DNA of 63,928 nt, filler included, from Reticulomyxa filosa (Eukaryota > Protista > Foraminifera): assembly GCA_000512085.1 (NCBI GenBank). It is 19 parts of 19 records of this genome, joined end to end, with 100 filler letters (N's around TTAATTAATTAA, not from the genome) between each part and the next. Parts side by side here need not be neighbours in the genome. Positions count along the whole stretch, not along the records: positions 37,882 to 50,132 come from ASPP01006936.1; positions 50,233 to 55,396 come from ASPP01004866.1; positions 55,497 to 58,666 come from ASPP01007067.1; 16 more parts are not named here. One strand, written 5' to 3'. The notes beneath the pieces were generated by a model. That model worked only from the letters and a program-made list of their open reading frames with translations. It made no database searches and was not told where the DNA came from. Shown piece by piece: positions 38,700 through 55,786 of this stretch (positions within the stretch are counted from its first letter, which is position 1; the number at the start of each line of letters is the position of its first letter). Made by a program: the position numbers and the translations under genes.

Positions 38700-40560
38700 C
38701 TAAGATCCCAATGCCTCAAGTTTTATCTTATTTTTGAAATATTGTTTGTCCATTTTCACCGCCTTCCACATGTGTTCGAACGTGGCAGGGACCATAGAAA
38801 TGTGAAATGACCACTTTTGTTCAATGTGATCAGGTTTGACCTCTGAAGACATTTTGCTTAGAATTAGGTAGTTATTAACACCAATAAAACCAGACTTGAT
38901 TATTTCTGTATACATTTGTTGAACTCCTGCTACTTTTTTACTTGTCTTGGGATAATTAAATGTTACAGTTGCCCATGACAAGCCTGCAAATTCCAATATT
39001 ATTTTGGCCAGACTTTCGCTTCCACTGATTTGTATAAGAAATTCGAGTGTTTGTGATTCGCAGTCCCACCAACGTCCGCCAATTCCCAACACGCATATTT
39101 GTTTAATCGATTTTACAAACTCATTTCCTTTATTTTTTTTTTATGCTAATCGTTGTCTTGTATTGCTCTTTGTTTTTGCATATTTCGCATTAACTTTTTT
39201 TTTTTCTGTAGCCTTCTCCTCCTCGGTCATTAAGTTGTTTGTCGATTCATCCGGTCTTTTAGTGAGAAGAGCTTTGGGATCGTCTGGCGTCCAAACGGAC
39301 AGACGATAGGGCAGAATGAAGGCTAGACTGTCTCCACACCAAGCAAATCCATCCCATCCGAGTGACAGTCCGGCGTAATCAAATTTCATTTGACATAGCC
39401 ATTCCAATCGTGCCATGTTCAATACATGTACGTAGCCCAATCTTAAGAGAGAGAGCAAAGATCAAGGGAGAGTTATTTGAAGAGAGTAAAATAAAGACAT
39501 AAATTGAAAGTAACTCCGAAGTCGACCTTTCAAATACCGCCAAATATCGACCTATTGAAAAGAGAACTGTCTCAGTAATGGACAAAAAAAAAAGAAAAGA
39601 AAAGTCAACCGTCACAATTAAAGGACATGTCGTGAACCAGATGACAACCCTGACTCCAAATGATAGACCCATCTTTCCAAGATATCAATAAAATGACAAA
39701 CTTGGGAACCAATCCGAGACTGCCTCGCTGTTGATTCAATGTGGATATGCAGTCCATTCGTTCATTGTATTGAAAACCCCAATACACTGGAACTGCCTTT
39801 ATTTGTGTTATCCTATCTCTTTGAACACGCACAACGAAAACACGTTAACAACAAATCAAACTCCTTGTTGGGTAAAAATGTCTGTCTGAATGCGGACGAT
39901 CTTCACGATTTTCTTCTCTAGAATATTGATCTGTTGTGTCATTCAACATACAGATAGTCCAACAGATTCAGAAAAGGATAGACACAAAATACAGCAAACC
40001 TGACAAAGGTCATACGAGACAACGTCGTCGGAAGAAGAGCCTATTAGAGTAATGGCATTACCTTCACCCAGATTAATACATAGTCTTTCGGGGATCCATG
40101 TTTTGCAATTTTTATATCGATCCTCGATACATTCCTTCAAATCAAAGAACTTCATTTCACTTGAGGCACAGTTAAAATAAAAAAATTCACTTTCACTGTC
40201 TTTCCATATTAATGAACTTCCACGCGCGTCAAAGTGTTTGGAGATATTCATTTGGCCATGTTTGAGTTCGTACTGTTTTGTCACAACCACAGTATTTCCA
40301 AATTTGCTTTGCCTTTTTCACAAACGCAACACAATTACATTGATTGTTGGCTTCTTCACAAACAATTCCGTTTCGTAGTTCAATTCAAATCGATGAATTT
40401 TGTTTCGGGTATCTCCTATCACTAGTTCCGAAGGGTTTTTCGAAAAGCACACATCTTCTGAGCGAGGGTCAAACTTCATTTCTGTGCCAGTATCCAACAA
40501 TTGCCACTGAAACATTTTGTTAGCATCTTGACCAGCTTCTTGGCTTGCTCTCTGACCCAT
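38700..40560 (-). CDS. Uncharacterised multi-exon protein, possible beta-propeller, N-myristoylation-like start
   Basis: Starts MGQRAS. Successive ORFs are joined by GT-AG introns and carry beta-strand-like motifs (VCFSKNPSELVIGD, DGFAWCGDSLAFI). Confidence 0.6.
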
Positions 40561-41044
40561 TGTCGTTATTAACAAAAATGTTTGCCCTTGGAATTTTTAT
40601 GTAATCAGGCATTTTTTTTTTAACGTTTCACTCAGTTCTTACTTGAGACAAAAACAGGACCCATTTGTTGTTTATTTTTACGCGGTATATGTGTTATTTT
40701 AACTAATTCTATGCGCTAATGTCAAATAATAATCACCAAAATGAGGTATTGCAATTATCTATGTTTTTCCTTTCTGCTAGACTAATCAAATTTCAATACA
40801 GTGCTTTTTTTACATTGCAAATTCTTTGAAAAGATAACGTATTATTTAAATACATTTCCTTACAAGAACTGTGGATTGTTGCAAAAACCTTTGTTTTGTC
40901 GCAAATTATGTTGCCTTGCACAGAGAATTGATTGGAATGAAAATTTAAAAATTGAAATTATAAGAAAAATCATAAAATACGTTAGAAGCGTGAAAAAACA
41001 GTGCTTTGAGACGACAATTCAAGAATAATGAAAAAAGGTTGCAT

Positions 41045-41895
41045 TCAAAGATCTTCCCTAGTTTGTTGTTCGGAAGCATCATGTTGTGATTGGGATGGAT
41101 GTTTGATAAGCAGTTCACGAATATTTTTTTCAATGACATCAAATGACGTTTGTACATCAAAGCGCTTCACCACGTTACCTGCTCTATCTACCAAAAACTA
41201 ACAAATATAATCCCATATTACGTATACAACCATATCAAAACAAAAGTGAAGAAAAGTTTAGAGCCAACAGTGTCATATAACGAAGGAAAAAAAAGGAAAC
41301 TTTTCCGTCAAAGTTCCATGCAATATTTCCTGGAAATTGCTCCTTTAAAAACTTGTAAACCGGGTGGGTGTTCTTGCCGTTGACCGAGATCTTTTCAAAA
41401 ATTGTGAATTCTACACTGTATTGCCGCTTTACCCATGCATCGACCTCTTTCGCTCCCCATGGCTCTTGTTTTCCAAACTATATTTCATTGCATTGTATTG
41501 TATTATGTTGTGTTTGTTTGGTTTGGATTGTCACCTGATTGCAAGGGAAAGCCACGATTTCAAATTGCTGTGGATGGTAGGTACGGTAGATCCTTTGCAA
41601 TTCATTGTAATTCAAATCCGTGTAGCCACATTCGGACGCAACGTTTACGATCAGTACTACTTTTCCTTTATACTTTTGTTTGTATTTATTTGCTGCTTTG
41701 TGTTGCTGTAGATTGGATAGGGACATGGCAATAGTTTCCGATTCTCTCTCCCTCTTGCACGTGTTTGCTTACCGAGTCGAAATTCCGAACAATGCCATTT
41801 GCATCTTTGGCTGACAGATCATAAAAACTTTCACTTTCAACAATGTGAAAGAATCCAAATAAAAATAAAGCTTTTACTAATGCAATAAGAAACAT
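41045..41895 (-). CDS. ER-type Cys glutathione peroxidase (GPx7-like), 4 exons, intact
   Basis: Signal peptide [21 protein letters not shown]; [19 protein letters not shown]; AFPCNQ|FGKQEP; THPVYKFLK; IAWNFDGK|FLVDRAG; C-terminus TREDL*. Confidence 0.95.
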
Positions 41896-42360
41896 GATAG
41901 AAGTTTCTTGTCTTCTTCACTGCCCCTACTGTTCTAGAAAAAAAAACGTAGCTGTGAAAGAATAAATCTTTTTTTTATTTTTAGCACACAAAAAACTTTT
42001 CGTCAAAACAAAAGTAGTCAACTTTTCATGAGATTACAAAAACTAAGTTTGAAAAAATTAAAAAATTTACTTCTCCATACGCTACACCGTGTTGTTGCGC
42101 TATTGTTATTTTTCCTTAATTTAAAATCTTTTGTTTGTGTTTATCATTAGTAGGCATTGAAATCGTTTCTATTTTATTGAAATATTCATACTTCAAGCAC
42201 TAAAATCACTCATTATTGAATGAACAACTGTCTCAGTCCTCTTTTTGCAAATTCAAGAAAACAGACCTTTGTTTTTTTAGATTGTCTCCTTTCTTTTTCT
42301 TATTTGGTTTAGAAAAAGATCTATTGTGTTATTTGAAAGTTACGACTTCATCCTTTCACA

Positions 42361-45213
<2,853 letters not shown>

Positions 45214-46847
45214 GAGCAAGAGAAGGAAAAAAAACCAACCAAAAAAAAAACAGGTGGTAAAAGAGGAGTGCAGTTTGTATTTTACCTCTTTTTTTTTTTT
45301 CATTGTGGACGGAATGAAGTGTTACGTTGAATTTGGATAAAGTGCCAATGAGCTCTTTTTTATTTTGTTTGTTTTGCTTTATTTTGTTTTGCTTAAGTTT
45401 TTTTAAAATGAAAAAAGACTTACACAACATTAACGCTTGTTTTTTTGTTGTCTTGGTTTGTTTTTAAGGAGAAAAAAAAAGAAAAAAAGTATCGATAAAC
45501 ATTTTAGGTGCGTGTGTTTGTGTTTTGTTTTTTTTTTTCTGGACGTGATTTTTATGTTGTCTGCCTTTGGCTTTTCTACATTTCAACGTAGCGTGACTTT
45601 AAGGTGTCATTGTGTTATCAACATATCAAACCCAAAGCATCAATTTTTTGCTCAACTAAAATTGAGAAAATTCTCAGTTAAGTGTACGTAATCTTGTCCA
45701 ATGTATCTTAATCACGTTTCCTACTTTGATAGAGCATTTTTTAAACTATGCCTTTTAAGTGCATTATTAATAAAATTGCATGATCAAAAAGGTTCGATAC
45801 GTTTTAATAAAATATCACTTGTTCAAGTCCAAGTGTATTTCTTTTTTTGGGAAAATTAGTTCTTGCAGAGAAATTTTCGTTTCTTGTATACAATTTTTTT
45901 CTGGGAATCATTTTTTAAAACAGTACCCAAAATTCGCAATAAACAAGAAAAAATTTACTGTAAATAATTTCAAAATTTGACTAGTAAAAAAATGTAGTGC
46001 AAAAAAAAAGTTTTATAAATTAATGGCAAATTAGGTAATTATTACCAATATTCATCGTAAGTTTTGATTCAGATTTATTCACGACGTCTTGTTCTACAGT
46101 AGATGAAAGATATTAGTTTAATTCTAAACATTTTTTTAGCAATAGTACGACAAAAGTCATTCGCATAAAGGAACGCGTTTTTATTTAGGATATAAGTTTA
46201 AATGTGGTTTATTTTTTTTAATGTGCTTTGGAAAGATTAACAAATTTGCTGATCGAAATGACTTGTATGTTCTAGGAATTCTCAGTAATCGCTTATGATA
46301 AGTCATTTTCACGTAAGTCTTCGTCATATATTAATTTTATTTGGAAAAACACTGATTGCAGTCTAACTTTGTCACAAAACAATATTTTTTTACCTGAATT
46401 TCACCAGTCGATATAAAAAAATTTGTGATAATGTTCTATATTGGTTTGGACGCTTCAATTTTATTTTTTATTTTCAATTTTTGAAGTTAGTGGTCATTTT
46501 TGACAAATTAATTGTTTGTTCATATGAAAATCTATCACTTATCGCGAATTTTTTTGTCTTTTCCCAGGAAAAGTTTACTTTTAGTGATAAAGTTGAGTTA
46601 TCCTCAAATTAGCGTGTTTCTAAGCTATTCTATTGATGATGGAAGAAACAGATAAAATAAATGTTTGATTACTATTGATTTATTCCTTGCTCATAATAGA
46701 TTGCAATGAAAAAATAATTATCTCTTTTAAATGAAATTAATGTGGAATATCAATAACTGTTTTAAAAACTTTTATTTCAAAAAAAAGGAAGTTCAATCGA
46801 GTATTAACATCAAATTAAGTTTTCTCAAAAAAAATACAAGTACTCTA

Positions 46848-47974
46848 TCACTTCCATATCCGAATTGTACAGTCTGCAGACCCTGATACAATTGTACGAC
46901 CATCTGGCGCAATATCTATTGCTGTCACAAGATCAGAATGCCCTTTTAATATGTGTGTTTCACATCCAGATTTCAAATCCCACAAACGAACTGTTCCATC
47001 AGCCGAACAAGACAAAACAGATTGTCCATCTGAAAAATATTTCACTTGATTCACGGTTCTGGAATGGCCTTCCAATTTTTTCAATTCTTTTCCTGTTTCT
47101 ACATCCCATATTCGGACTGTTTTATCATGTGAGCCTGATACAATAAATTGTCCATTTGGAGAAAATCTTGCACACATTACAGTACCAGAATGTCCTTTCA
47201 ATTCCTTTAATCTTGCACTTGACTCCACATCCCATAAAACAATTGTTCTATCATGAGATGATGATAAAATCATTTGGCCATCCGGTGAAAATTGTATACT
47301 CGATACAGTACTTTGATGACCTGGCAATTGCTGAATCATTTGTCCAGAATCGACACTCCACATTCGTATAGCACCATCATTGTAACTTGCCAGAATTTTT
47401 TTACCATCTGAAGAAAAGTCCATATCCAATAATTGTCCTACATGTACATCCAGTATCGTGACTGTACTTTCTGAATTCATATCCAACAATTCAATCAGGC
47501 CGCTTAATGCACCCAAGACAACAGTATCCCCACTTGGTGAAAATATTGCAATATTACTAAAGCATCTTGCTTCAAAACGCCTTAATTGTTGTCCAGATTC
47601 TGGGCTCCATGTTCGAATTGTTGTATCGTCTGCCGCTGAAATAATATAGCTACCATCGAGTGAAAATTTTACACTTCTTATTGTGGCCTTGTGTTCTTTT
47701 AATATTCCCCACGATTTATATTTAACCTACATTTTGGATATATTGCACAATGTTTGACAACACCTGAGATAGTATAATATATATATAATGTAACATATTG
47801 TAGAACAATTTTGTCGAAATCATTTATCCACCCCAATTTAATATTCAAAATTCGAATCCAATGTTTGATTATTTGTACTTCATTTAGCTCTTTTGTGTAT
47901 CGAACCGTAACGTCTTTTTCTTTAGTTGTCTGATATGTTTGTCGTTTAGTTTTCCATATCACACTATTTCCCAT
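46848..47974 (-). CDS. WD40-repeat protein (about 7 blades) with N-terminal WxR-GWI box, intact
   Basis: Exons 47974-47795 and 47726-46848 in phase 0; repeated GH..V....FSPDG..I.SGS.D.T.R.WD; starts MGNS. Confidence 0.95.
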
Positions 47975-49231
47975 TTTAGTTCTAAAGAAATTTCGGCCAC
48001 ATATGAATCACTCGTGACAAAGAATAAGAATCCTAATTAATTTGAAATTAGAAACTGAACTTAGAGTTTAGTGTGTTCCCAAGAACGGAACTATCCCAAC
48101 AAGAACACAAAACAATCGTGTTATCATCAAACAAAACATTTGTTCCATTATTGAATGGACGCAAATATCAATCGACTGTTGGTAGATATGCAAGCTAATT
48201 TACAAGAATTTGGAGAACCTGTAAATACGAAAAGCGATTTGAATTTAGAACAGATGAGCGATATAGTTTTTAATGTGAATTTGGGCAAGTTTATGCCAAT
48301 TCCATCAAATGCTTGTGAAGGTGTGTCATTACACGATATTTTTTAAACAACTTTCGCATTGCCCAACTATTTTAAGAAGGAGCCTATTTCAAAATATTCA
48401 ATCGTTCTTGTATCAATGTGATTTGTATACGCTTAACTTGTCCAAGATTTTTGTGTTCGAAACAGTTGTCAAGTACAAAACACGAAACAGCTCTTACATT
48501 AGTGGAAAAGAATGGTTATTTGTGAACTTTAATTAGATTCTCAACGCATAAAAAAATAGATAAGAAAATAACTGACCATATGGTTGTTCATTGTTTCGAC
48601 TGTGCTTGTCCCCCTCACCATCTTTCGAGGAAGCCAAGAGATTTATTGTTGAATCCTCGTTGAAAGTACAAATTCATTTTCGTTTTGCTGAAATCAGTTC
48701 GAGAAGAGCACTTTTCTATTACACTTGCTAATTTCTGTACTAGTATTAATTGAGAAAGAGGTCACTTCATCATGTTATTATCTCTATCAATAGAATAAAT
48801 TCCAATTTATTGAAAGAAAACGAATTATGTTGCATATCGACTATCCATTTCAAGTCATGCATTTATTATTATTTTTTTAAGCGAGACCTCCAGACTCAGT
48901 CATTTGCAAATATAAGCAAAAGATGTGAGAGTTTCGATGACAAAATATCATCAACGGTGTGAACACAAGCATTGAAACCAAAAGTTACTTGTGTTCAAAA
49001 CAGCATTAAAAAAAGTGGTCAACAAAACAAAAACCATAAATATGGTCAAGCCGATGCCCTAAATCTGTGAGGGAGTATATTTGTTGAGTTAGACTTTGAT
49101 TAATGTCGGAAACATCGAACAATGCAATGAAAAAGAGTGAATTAACATTATTTTGTTGTTGGGATGAAACTAAAAAGAAAAGCAAGACAACTCGTACATA
49201 GGCACACATTGTAATGTGAGACGATGAGTGA

Positions 49232-50060
49232 TTAGAGTATAACCAGCCAACATGCTGCCTTCCACAAGCAGGAAGCCACCATTCTGTGTATGTATGTGTT
49301 GTAAAAAAAGTCAAATATTGACGATATTCAAAAGAACCAAAAAAAAAAAAAAAGAAAGCAGTAAGTAAAATAGAGCAAAGTGGAGTATAACTTGGCCATG
49401 GTAGGGTTTTGATAAACCGACCAAGCATATTGAGTCCATCCGTAAGTGGAATATAAGAGCATCGTCCAATCGTACATGCGATGGAAGAACTTTTTTTCTC
49501 GTAACTCGGCAAATGTGGTATCTAATTTCTTTACCATTTGCTCATGAGTCAAGTGACGACACTCTGGCATGGTGACCACACACTGAGCGACAAAATAAGC
49601 TATGCTGTCAATCACGTCACTATCCTAACATTTCATAACATACAAGAAGGGAGGGAGAGGGAGGGAAAAAAGCAAATTTTTTAAGAAAAAAAAAATTGTA
49701 GTCAGCCCCCCCCCCTTTTTTTTTTTCTTTCTCTCTTATTCTTATACCTTAATGGAAATGAACGGGCCATCGAGACCTTGAATATCAGGAAAGACGAGTT
49801 CGTCGGTTGTCTTGGAGGTGTCTTCGATACAAGAACTGGACACCCCGTTTTGGCAGGGGTTTTCCAAGTCCACGACGGACCACCAATCGATTGAAGTTTT
49901 GTCAATCAATCCAACTTCGCCATCGATTTCGCTTGGAATGAACACTACATTCGGATGCGCTTCAAAGTCTGCCTTCTTTATCAGCTCCGGCAGACGTTCC
50001 TGCACACGATACGACAGCTCTTCTGCTGTTATTTTCTCACCATCTTTTGCTATTTCGTTT
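49232..50060 (-). CDS. Conserved uncharacterised protein (family also seen in plants)
   Basis: DVIDSIAYFVAQCV...LTHEQMVKKLDTTF..RMYDW..LYSTYGW...VYQNP resembles a plant family motif recalled as EDIVDGIACFMA...LTP.QL...L..TF...AWD...Y...SW....YQNP. Confidence 0.7.
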
Positions 50061-50949
50061 TTTTTTTTTTTTTTTTGTCATCGCCATCATTGTTCATCGT
50101 CGTTGTTGTTTTTGTTTTTCAAACAAACAATGNNNNNNNNNNNNNNNNNNNNNNNNNNNNNNNNNNNNNNNNNNNNTTAATTAATTAANNNNNNNNNNNN
50201 NNNNNNNNNNNNNNNNNNNNNNNNNNNNNNNNAATCTGTTTATACAATACAAAGACAAAAAAATAACACCAGCTAGTGGAAACTGGTCCAACATCGAACT
50301 TAAATCAAATATGTATGTTGATGTAAATTAACAAAAGTATAGATGCACAATATATTAAATTAATGACTAACTATCATGATAATATCATTTCATGAGGTAG
50401 CATTTTAGGTGCCCAGTTTTTTCTGTAATCAGCTGTAATTAGCTCTAAACCTTTTTATTTAATTATAATTCTTATATACCATTTCCAATGTCTCATTGTA
50501 TTAAAGATTTTATTTTCCAAAATCTACCAGCTTCTTTACACTCAAGATATACAAGCCAAATACTATTAATATAAAATTTGAAGAAGATCAGTAATGTAAA
50601 CATCTTCGTCAAATAAATATACAAATTAATATTCTAAAAAGATATTGTAAGCAAATAAAGGAAAACATAAGGATGTATAGTTGAAGACTTCCAAATGACC
50701 AGTTATTTAGTTCGCTTTTGCTTCCTTTAAATTTTTTTCGCTTTTATGAAAATGAAATTAAAGAAAAGATGTATCAAAAATGATATCTTTTTCAATGACT
50801 TGTATTGATTGCATATGTTAAAAAAATTAAAATGTAACAATCTAAAGCATTTTTAAGAAATCTTATTTACCGAACAGCCCAAGATGCTGTAATACAACTT
50901 TTCTACGCCACTTAAGCGGGGAAAAAAATTCATTATTTTTATAATAAAC

Positions 50950-53305
50950 ATGCTCCGAAGAGGTCGAGTTATTTTCAAAAAAAGATATTCCCCATTAGCG
51001 AATAGCCATTTAAAATCTTGTTCAAGAACTTCTCTTCAGTTTTTAAGTAATGTGCCAGCAGGCCAGACGAACGAAAAACCTGAAAAGAAAGGTTTTTGGG
51101 ATAAGTTAATAGAAAAGCACGGCAATCACAAAGTGTATGCCCCAGAGAATTACAACCGTTGGCGTATGGTGCCATATGCAGTGTCTACCCATTTGTGTTT
51201 GGGAGCGTGTTACGCATGGAGTATATTTAACGAGCCATTGACCCGCGAAATCGGGGTCGTCGCACCAAGTGCACAAGACTGGGTATTGTCTGATGTCATG
51301 GGTACCTTTATGGGCATTATCATTTCGCAAGGCTTAGCCAGTTGATTTTGAGGAGGAAGAGAAAGAGGAGAGGAGGATAAAGACAGTATAAACATAGTAT
51401 ACAAATAACACTGTACAAAATATTGATAGTGGCATTGCTAGGAAAATGGGTGGAAAAAGTAGGTCCACGAATTGCCGGTGTGACAGGCTCTCTGCTCTAT
51501 GGCGGAGGCATGATGCTTGGAGCATTGGGAGTGTTGCAGCATTCGTTGCCGTTGATGTATTGCGGATATGGAGCACTAGCAGGCGCAGGTGAGTAGCAAA
51601 CTAAATAAATAAACAAAGAAATGTAAATAATGAATACAAAATAACAATGAATATGTTAAGGTATGGGTATTGCATATTTGCCACCTGTCGCGACATTGAT
51701 TCGATGGTTCCCTGATCGACGAGGATTGGCTACGGGAATGGCTATTTGTGGTTTCGGTGGAGGTGCAATATTTATAACCTCATTGAAAAAGAAGTTTCTG
51801 CGAGAATACTTTCAACCTCCAGAGTACCTTGGACCAATTGACAAGATCATCACCAAGGTTTCGCCAGATGGAAAGATATTAGCCTTCGTTGAAAAAACGC
51901 AAGAGTGGAAAGAGGCGCTCAAAGTCACCACTCGTGACCTCGTGTCCATCGGAGCATCACATTTGCAAGATGGTGTTTATTTAGTTGGAACTGGAAGCAC
52001 TGGTTGGTCATTGTGTACTTGTCATGTGTCAATACATACAAATATTATCTTGTTTTTTTTTTTTTTTTAAAAAAAAAAAAAACAACAGGTGTAGCTGCAA
52101 CAATGGGAACATTAGGCTTAGGTTATTTGGCGGTTTGCTTAACTGGCGCATTAATTGTGAAGTCGCCTCCTCCTGGATGGGTTCCTCCCAGTGCAAAGCA
52201 GTCTTTGACTACCACCAATACGAATGCAACGTCAATGAAGACATCCGCAGTATCCAAACTTCAGCCCGAAGATGTGCACGTGGATGATGTCATGAAAACG
52301 CCGCAGTTTTGGCTTCAATGGTGCACTTTCTTGTCCACTGCCACTGTTGGCATGGGTTTGATGTCTTCTGCAAAAGACGTTCTCGTCTCTTGTTTTGGAA
52401 CCACCACTGCTGCCGCTAGCGCGATGGCTGCAGGACCAGCTGCATTTGCTGCAAGCTATGTGCAAGCATTATCACTGGCTAATCTCAGTTTAAAGTCTTT
52501 TTTTTAATTTATTGATTCATCCATCTGATCTGCTCCTCCCTTTTTTGTATGGACTTGAACCAGGTGGACGATTCATTTGGGCTTCTGGAAGTGAATATAT
52601 CGGACGCAAAAACACATTTTTATTGTTTTGTTGCGTTGGAGGGCCATTGTATGCAACTTTGCCATGGATTGTGACCAGCGCATTTGAAATGGAAAGCTAT
52701 GCACCCTTAGCCTTATTTTATGGCTCCACCATGCTTATCATTTCTTTTTTTGGTGGAGGATATTCCACCGTCCCTGCTTACGAGTCAGACTTGTTTGGAA
52801 CTAAATATATTGGAGCTATCCATGGACGGATGATGACCGCGTCTGCTTTGTCAGGTTCAGTATTATGCACAAATGAGATAGCAACATTATATACATACAC
52901 ATATACAATATACACATTGTGGATATTGTTAACATATGATATCTTATAAATGTAGGAATTGTGGGCCCAATGGTATTTGCAAAGCTTAGACATCGAGAAG
53001 AAATCAAGGCTATCCACGACCTTGCTTCAAAATGCGATAAAACTATATTTGAGAATAAATTTGGGGTTCCAACCGACAAATTGCAAACATTGATTGATAA
53101 CAAGGCTGTTTCCATTCGTAAATTACTGGACGTTCTTCCACAAGATACAATCGATCCCACGCCCCATTTGTATGATCCAGCTTTTCAAACGATGGGAGGA
53201 ATTTTGATTTTGGGAGCGATTGCAAATGGTATGGTACGTCCTGTCAATTCAAAATGGTGGATGCGTAATCAACCCAAATATCAAACCAATGAACTGCGAA
53301 AATAA
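50950..53305 (+). CDS. MFS transporter, oxalate/formate antiporter (OFA) family, 6 exons
   Basis: NRWRMVPYAVSTHLCLGACYAWSIF, GIAYLPPVATLIRWFPDRRGLATGMAICGFGGGA, MKTPQFW, GGGYSTVPAYESDLFGTKYIGAIHG. Confidence 0.95.
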
Positions 53306-54982
53306 TTTTTTTTGAGTTGACGGTTCACTTATCAAAATTGTTTCTCCTTCTTAAATTATTGTTCACTTGCTATCTGTAAATTTTCTCGCCTATGATATGA
53401 TGTTGACATCTACATCAAATTGGTAATGTTTGTGAACTTGTACTTGAAAATGTGCAAATTTCTTGCTTGTCACGTAGGGATTATAGTCTTTGCTTACTTG
53501 TTGGAGTATACTATCGATTCTCCTTAGGTTTCTATTTGAAAATAAACTTCTGATGGAAAAGCGATTTTCACTTGCCAATTCTGTTGAAATTAACTTTTTC
53601 GAGTCTAAATTAGTGAATTTATATTTGCAAAGTGCTACTAGATTAAAGTGTTTATTGTTGATCAATTTGAAATTTCCAATTTTAGAGTACACTTCAGACA
53701 ATAACTTATATGTATAGAAACGTTAGTGCAAACCTTAAAAAAATTATTGAATTAAACGAACATTAAATTACAGAAAGGAGTTGAAAAAAAGACATTTAAT
53801 GTTAATTTTTAAACATATCCACATGAATTGGAGATTTCAAAAACAAAAAAATTTCAATGTTCATGATGACAATACAAATAGATCCGCAACATTTATAAAA
53901 TCAAATGAAAAAATTTTCCAATCCAGAAACACTTCATCAAAAGAAAATTTCATTCAAAAACGCCAACATGTAGATATTTTAAAAGTGTTTTTATAGAAAA
54001 TTGACTATTTTATAAAATATTGTGCAACAGGTGTAATAAAATTGAAATTATTTTGTCTACAATCAGGTTAATCTATGCTATCTTCAGTTAGCAAAAAGTT
54101 TTCTAAACAAATGACATAAAATCAAGAAATGACAACATAATGAACTTGAGTTAAATTATATCGTGTCGTAAAATAGTAAAAATGATGACTATTCAACAAA
54201 CCTCACTTTATAGTTTTTATTTAACGATACTTAAAAAGATCACTTCCAAATATTTATTTAAAGATAACTGCTAAATTACGGTCAAAACATATTATAAAAT
54301 CTATTTTTGGAGAATTTTACGCACTATAATCTATTTGGATGAGATGAGCCATTGGCTGCTAATGATGTTACGTTATACCTTGCAACAATTACATTTTTTT
54401 CTAATGTTAACAATATTGTTGGCATTTTATTTTTCACATAAATATCATTCATATGCATACTACGTTTTCGTGTTGACTCAAACTCCATCGAGCACAATAG
54501 ATATATCAAAAATAGGTAAATTGATTATCTTTTTAAAGTAGTTGTATGTTTATAATTGTGCTTAGAAAAAAGTTTAAGTACTTTTACGCCAAAGGGTAAA
54601 AAAAAATTCAAATTTAGATTCACTTGCTGCGAAAACATATTAAAAATTAAACAGCACCAATTTAACTTTATGCTCGATAAAATTTTTTCCAGCAAAACAA
54701 AGTTTTTTTGACTAAACTTAGATTTGGCCCAAAAAAAACTTTTTTCCCACCCCACAAATTGATAGTCATTCGCATTTTGCATTTATTCTCACATTGGGGT
54801 GAGAATATAAATTTCGTAGATTGTAGTAGACGTTTTTAGTCTTTGTTGTTTTGAAATCGAGCAATTAGAGTTGTAAGGTCAAACAAAAATAGCAAAGGTA
54901 GCTTTGTTGATATATATATCGAGTAGCTGAAATTTTTGTTGAAGAAAGATCAATTGATAAAAGAAGATTTGAAGCAGAAAAG

Positions 54983-55396
54983 ATGGCAAATCTGAATTGG
55001 AATAGTGATCAAATTGAGAATGAAAACTGGATTCATTCATTGGGCTCACAGCAATTAGTCCTGGACACACACCACGGCCAAATTAAATGGGATGACATAC
55101 CCAAACATGTGACAAAATCAAAGGGTTCTTCAAATTTGAATGAAAAGCCATCAAGTAACGGTTGTGTATTTTATTTCAAGCCGAATATTTTTCTGTCAAA
55201 AAAAAATCTATTTAAAAAAACAAGTTTTTAAAAGTTGGTCATTTTTTTTTTAAAGGGGGGAGGTACAAGGGGAAAATAAACAAAAAAAAAAAAAGAAGAT
55301 TGAAAAGAGGGGTATCATGGCATTACATGCAAAAAAGCACACATATTGAACAAAAAAAAAAAAGACCTTGCAGATGAAGAGGTAGACAATGAGGAA
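54983..55396 (+). CDS. 5' exon(s) of an unknown protein, truncated
   Basis: ATG-initiated coding-like exon to ~55160, a homopolymer-rich intron, then the start of an acidic exon near the contig end. Confidence 0.45.
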
Positions 55397-55541
55397 NNNN
55401 NNNNNNNNNNNNNNNNNNNNNNNNNNNNNNNNNNNNNNNNTTAATTAATTAANNNNNNNNNNNNNNNNNNNNNNNNNNNNNNNNNNNNNNNNNNNNATTT
55501 TTTTTTTTTTTTTTTTTGCAACAGAATACAAATATACAAAC

Positions 55542-55786
55542 CTGGTCAATATTTGCTTCAAACTATTCGATAAACTTTTTCCCACTGTTGCCTTCCCGCT
55601 CATACTTTCCATCACTGCTCCGTCCATTGGTGTGATGATCCAAGCCAAGGAAAGTCCTGCAAACGATGAAACAAAGGTATCGATCACAAGTCGGTCCCTT
55701 ATCGGGACCTTTTTTCCTGGGACTGGCTTCGGTGCGTCTGCATTATCTTCAGATTTTCCCGGCTTTTCTGGTTGTGGCTTCGACAT
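55542..55786 (-). CDS. First exon of a divergent mitochondrial-carrier-like membrane protein
   Basis: RLVIDTFVSSFAGLSLAWIITPMDGAVMESMSGK contains a TM helix plus a PxD motif. Confidence 0.55.

Noticed and set aside
41625-41640. Selenocysteine GPx
   Set aside because: The active-site codon is TGT (Cys); there is no in-frame TGA.
48155-48760. Possible small gene on + strand
   Set aside because: The first exon is plausible, but no consistent downstream exon chain or homology could be supported.
53390-54880. ORFs of 60-100 aa in AT-rich intergenic DNA
   Set aside because: Mostly non-ATG starts, biased composition and no recognisable motifs.
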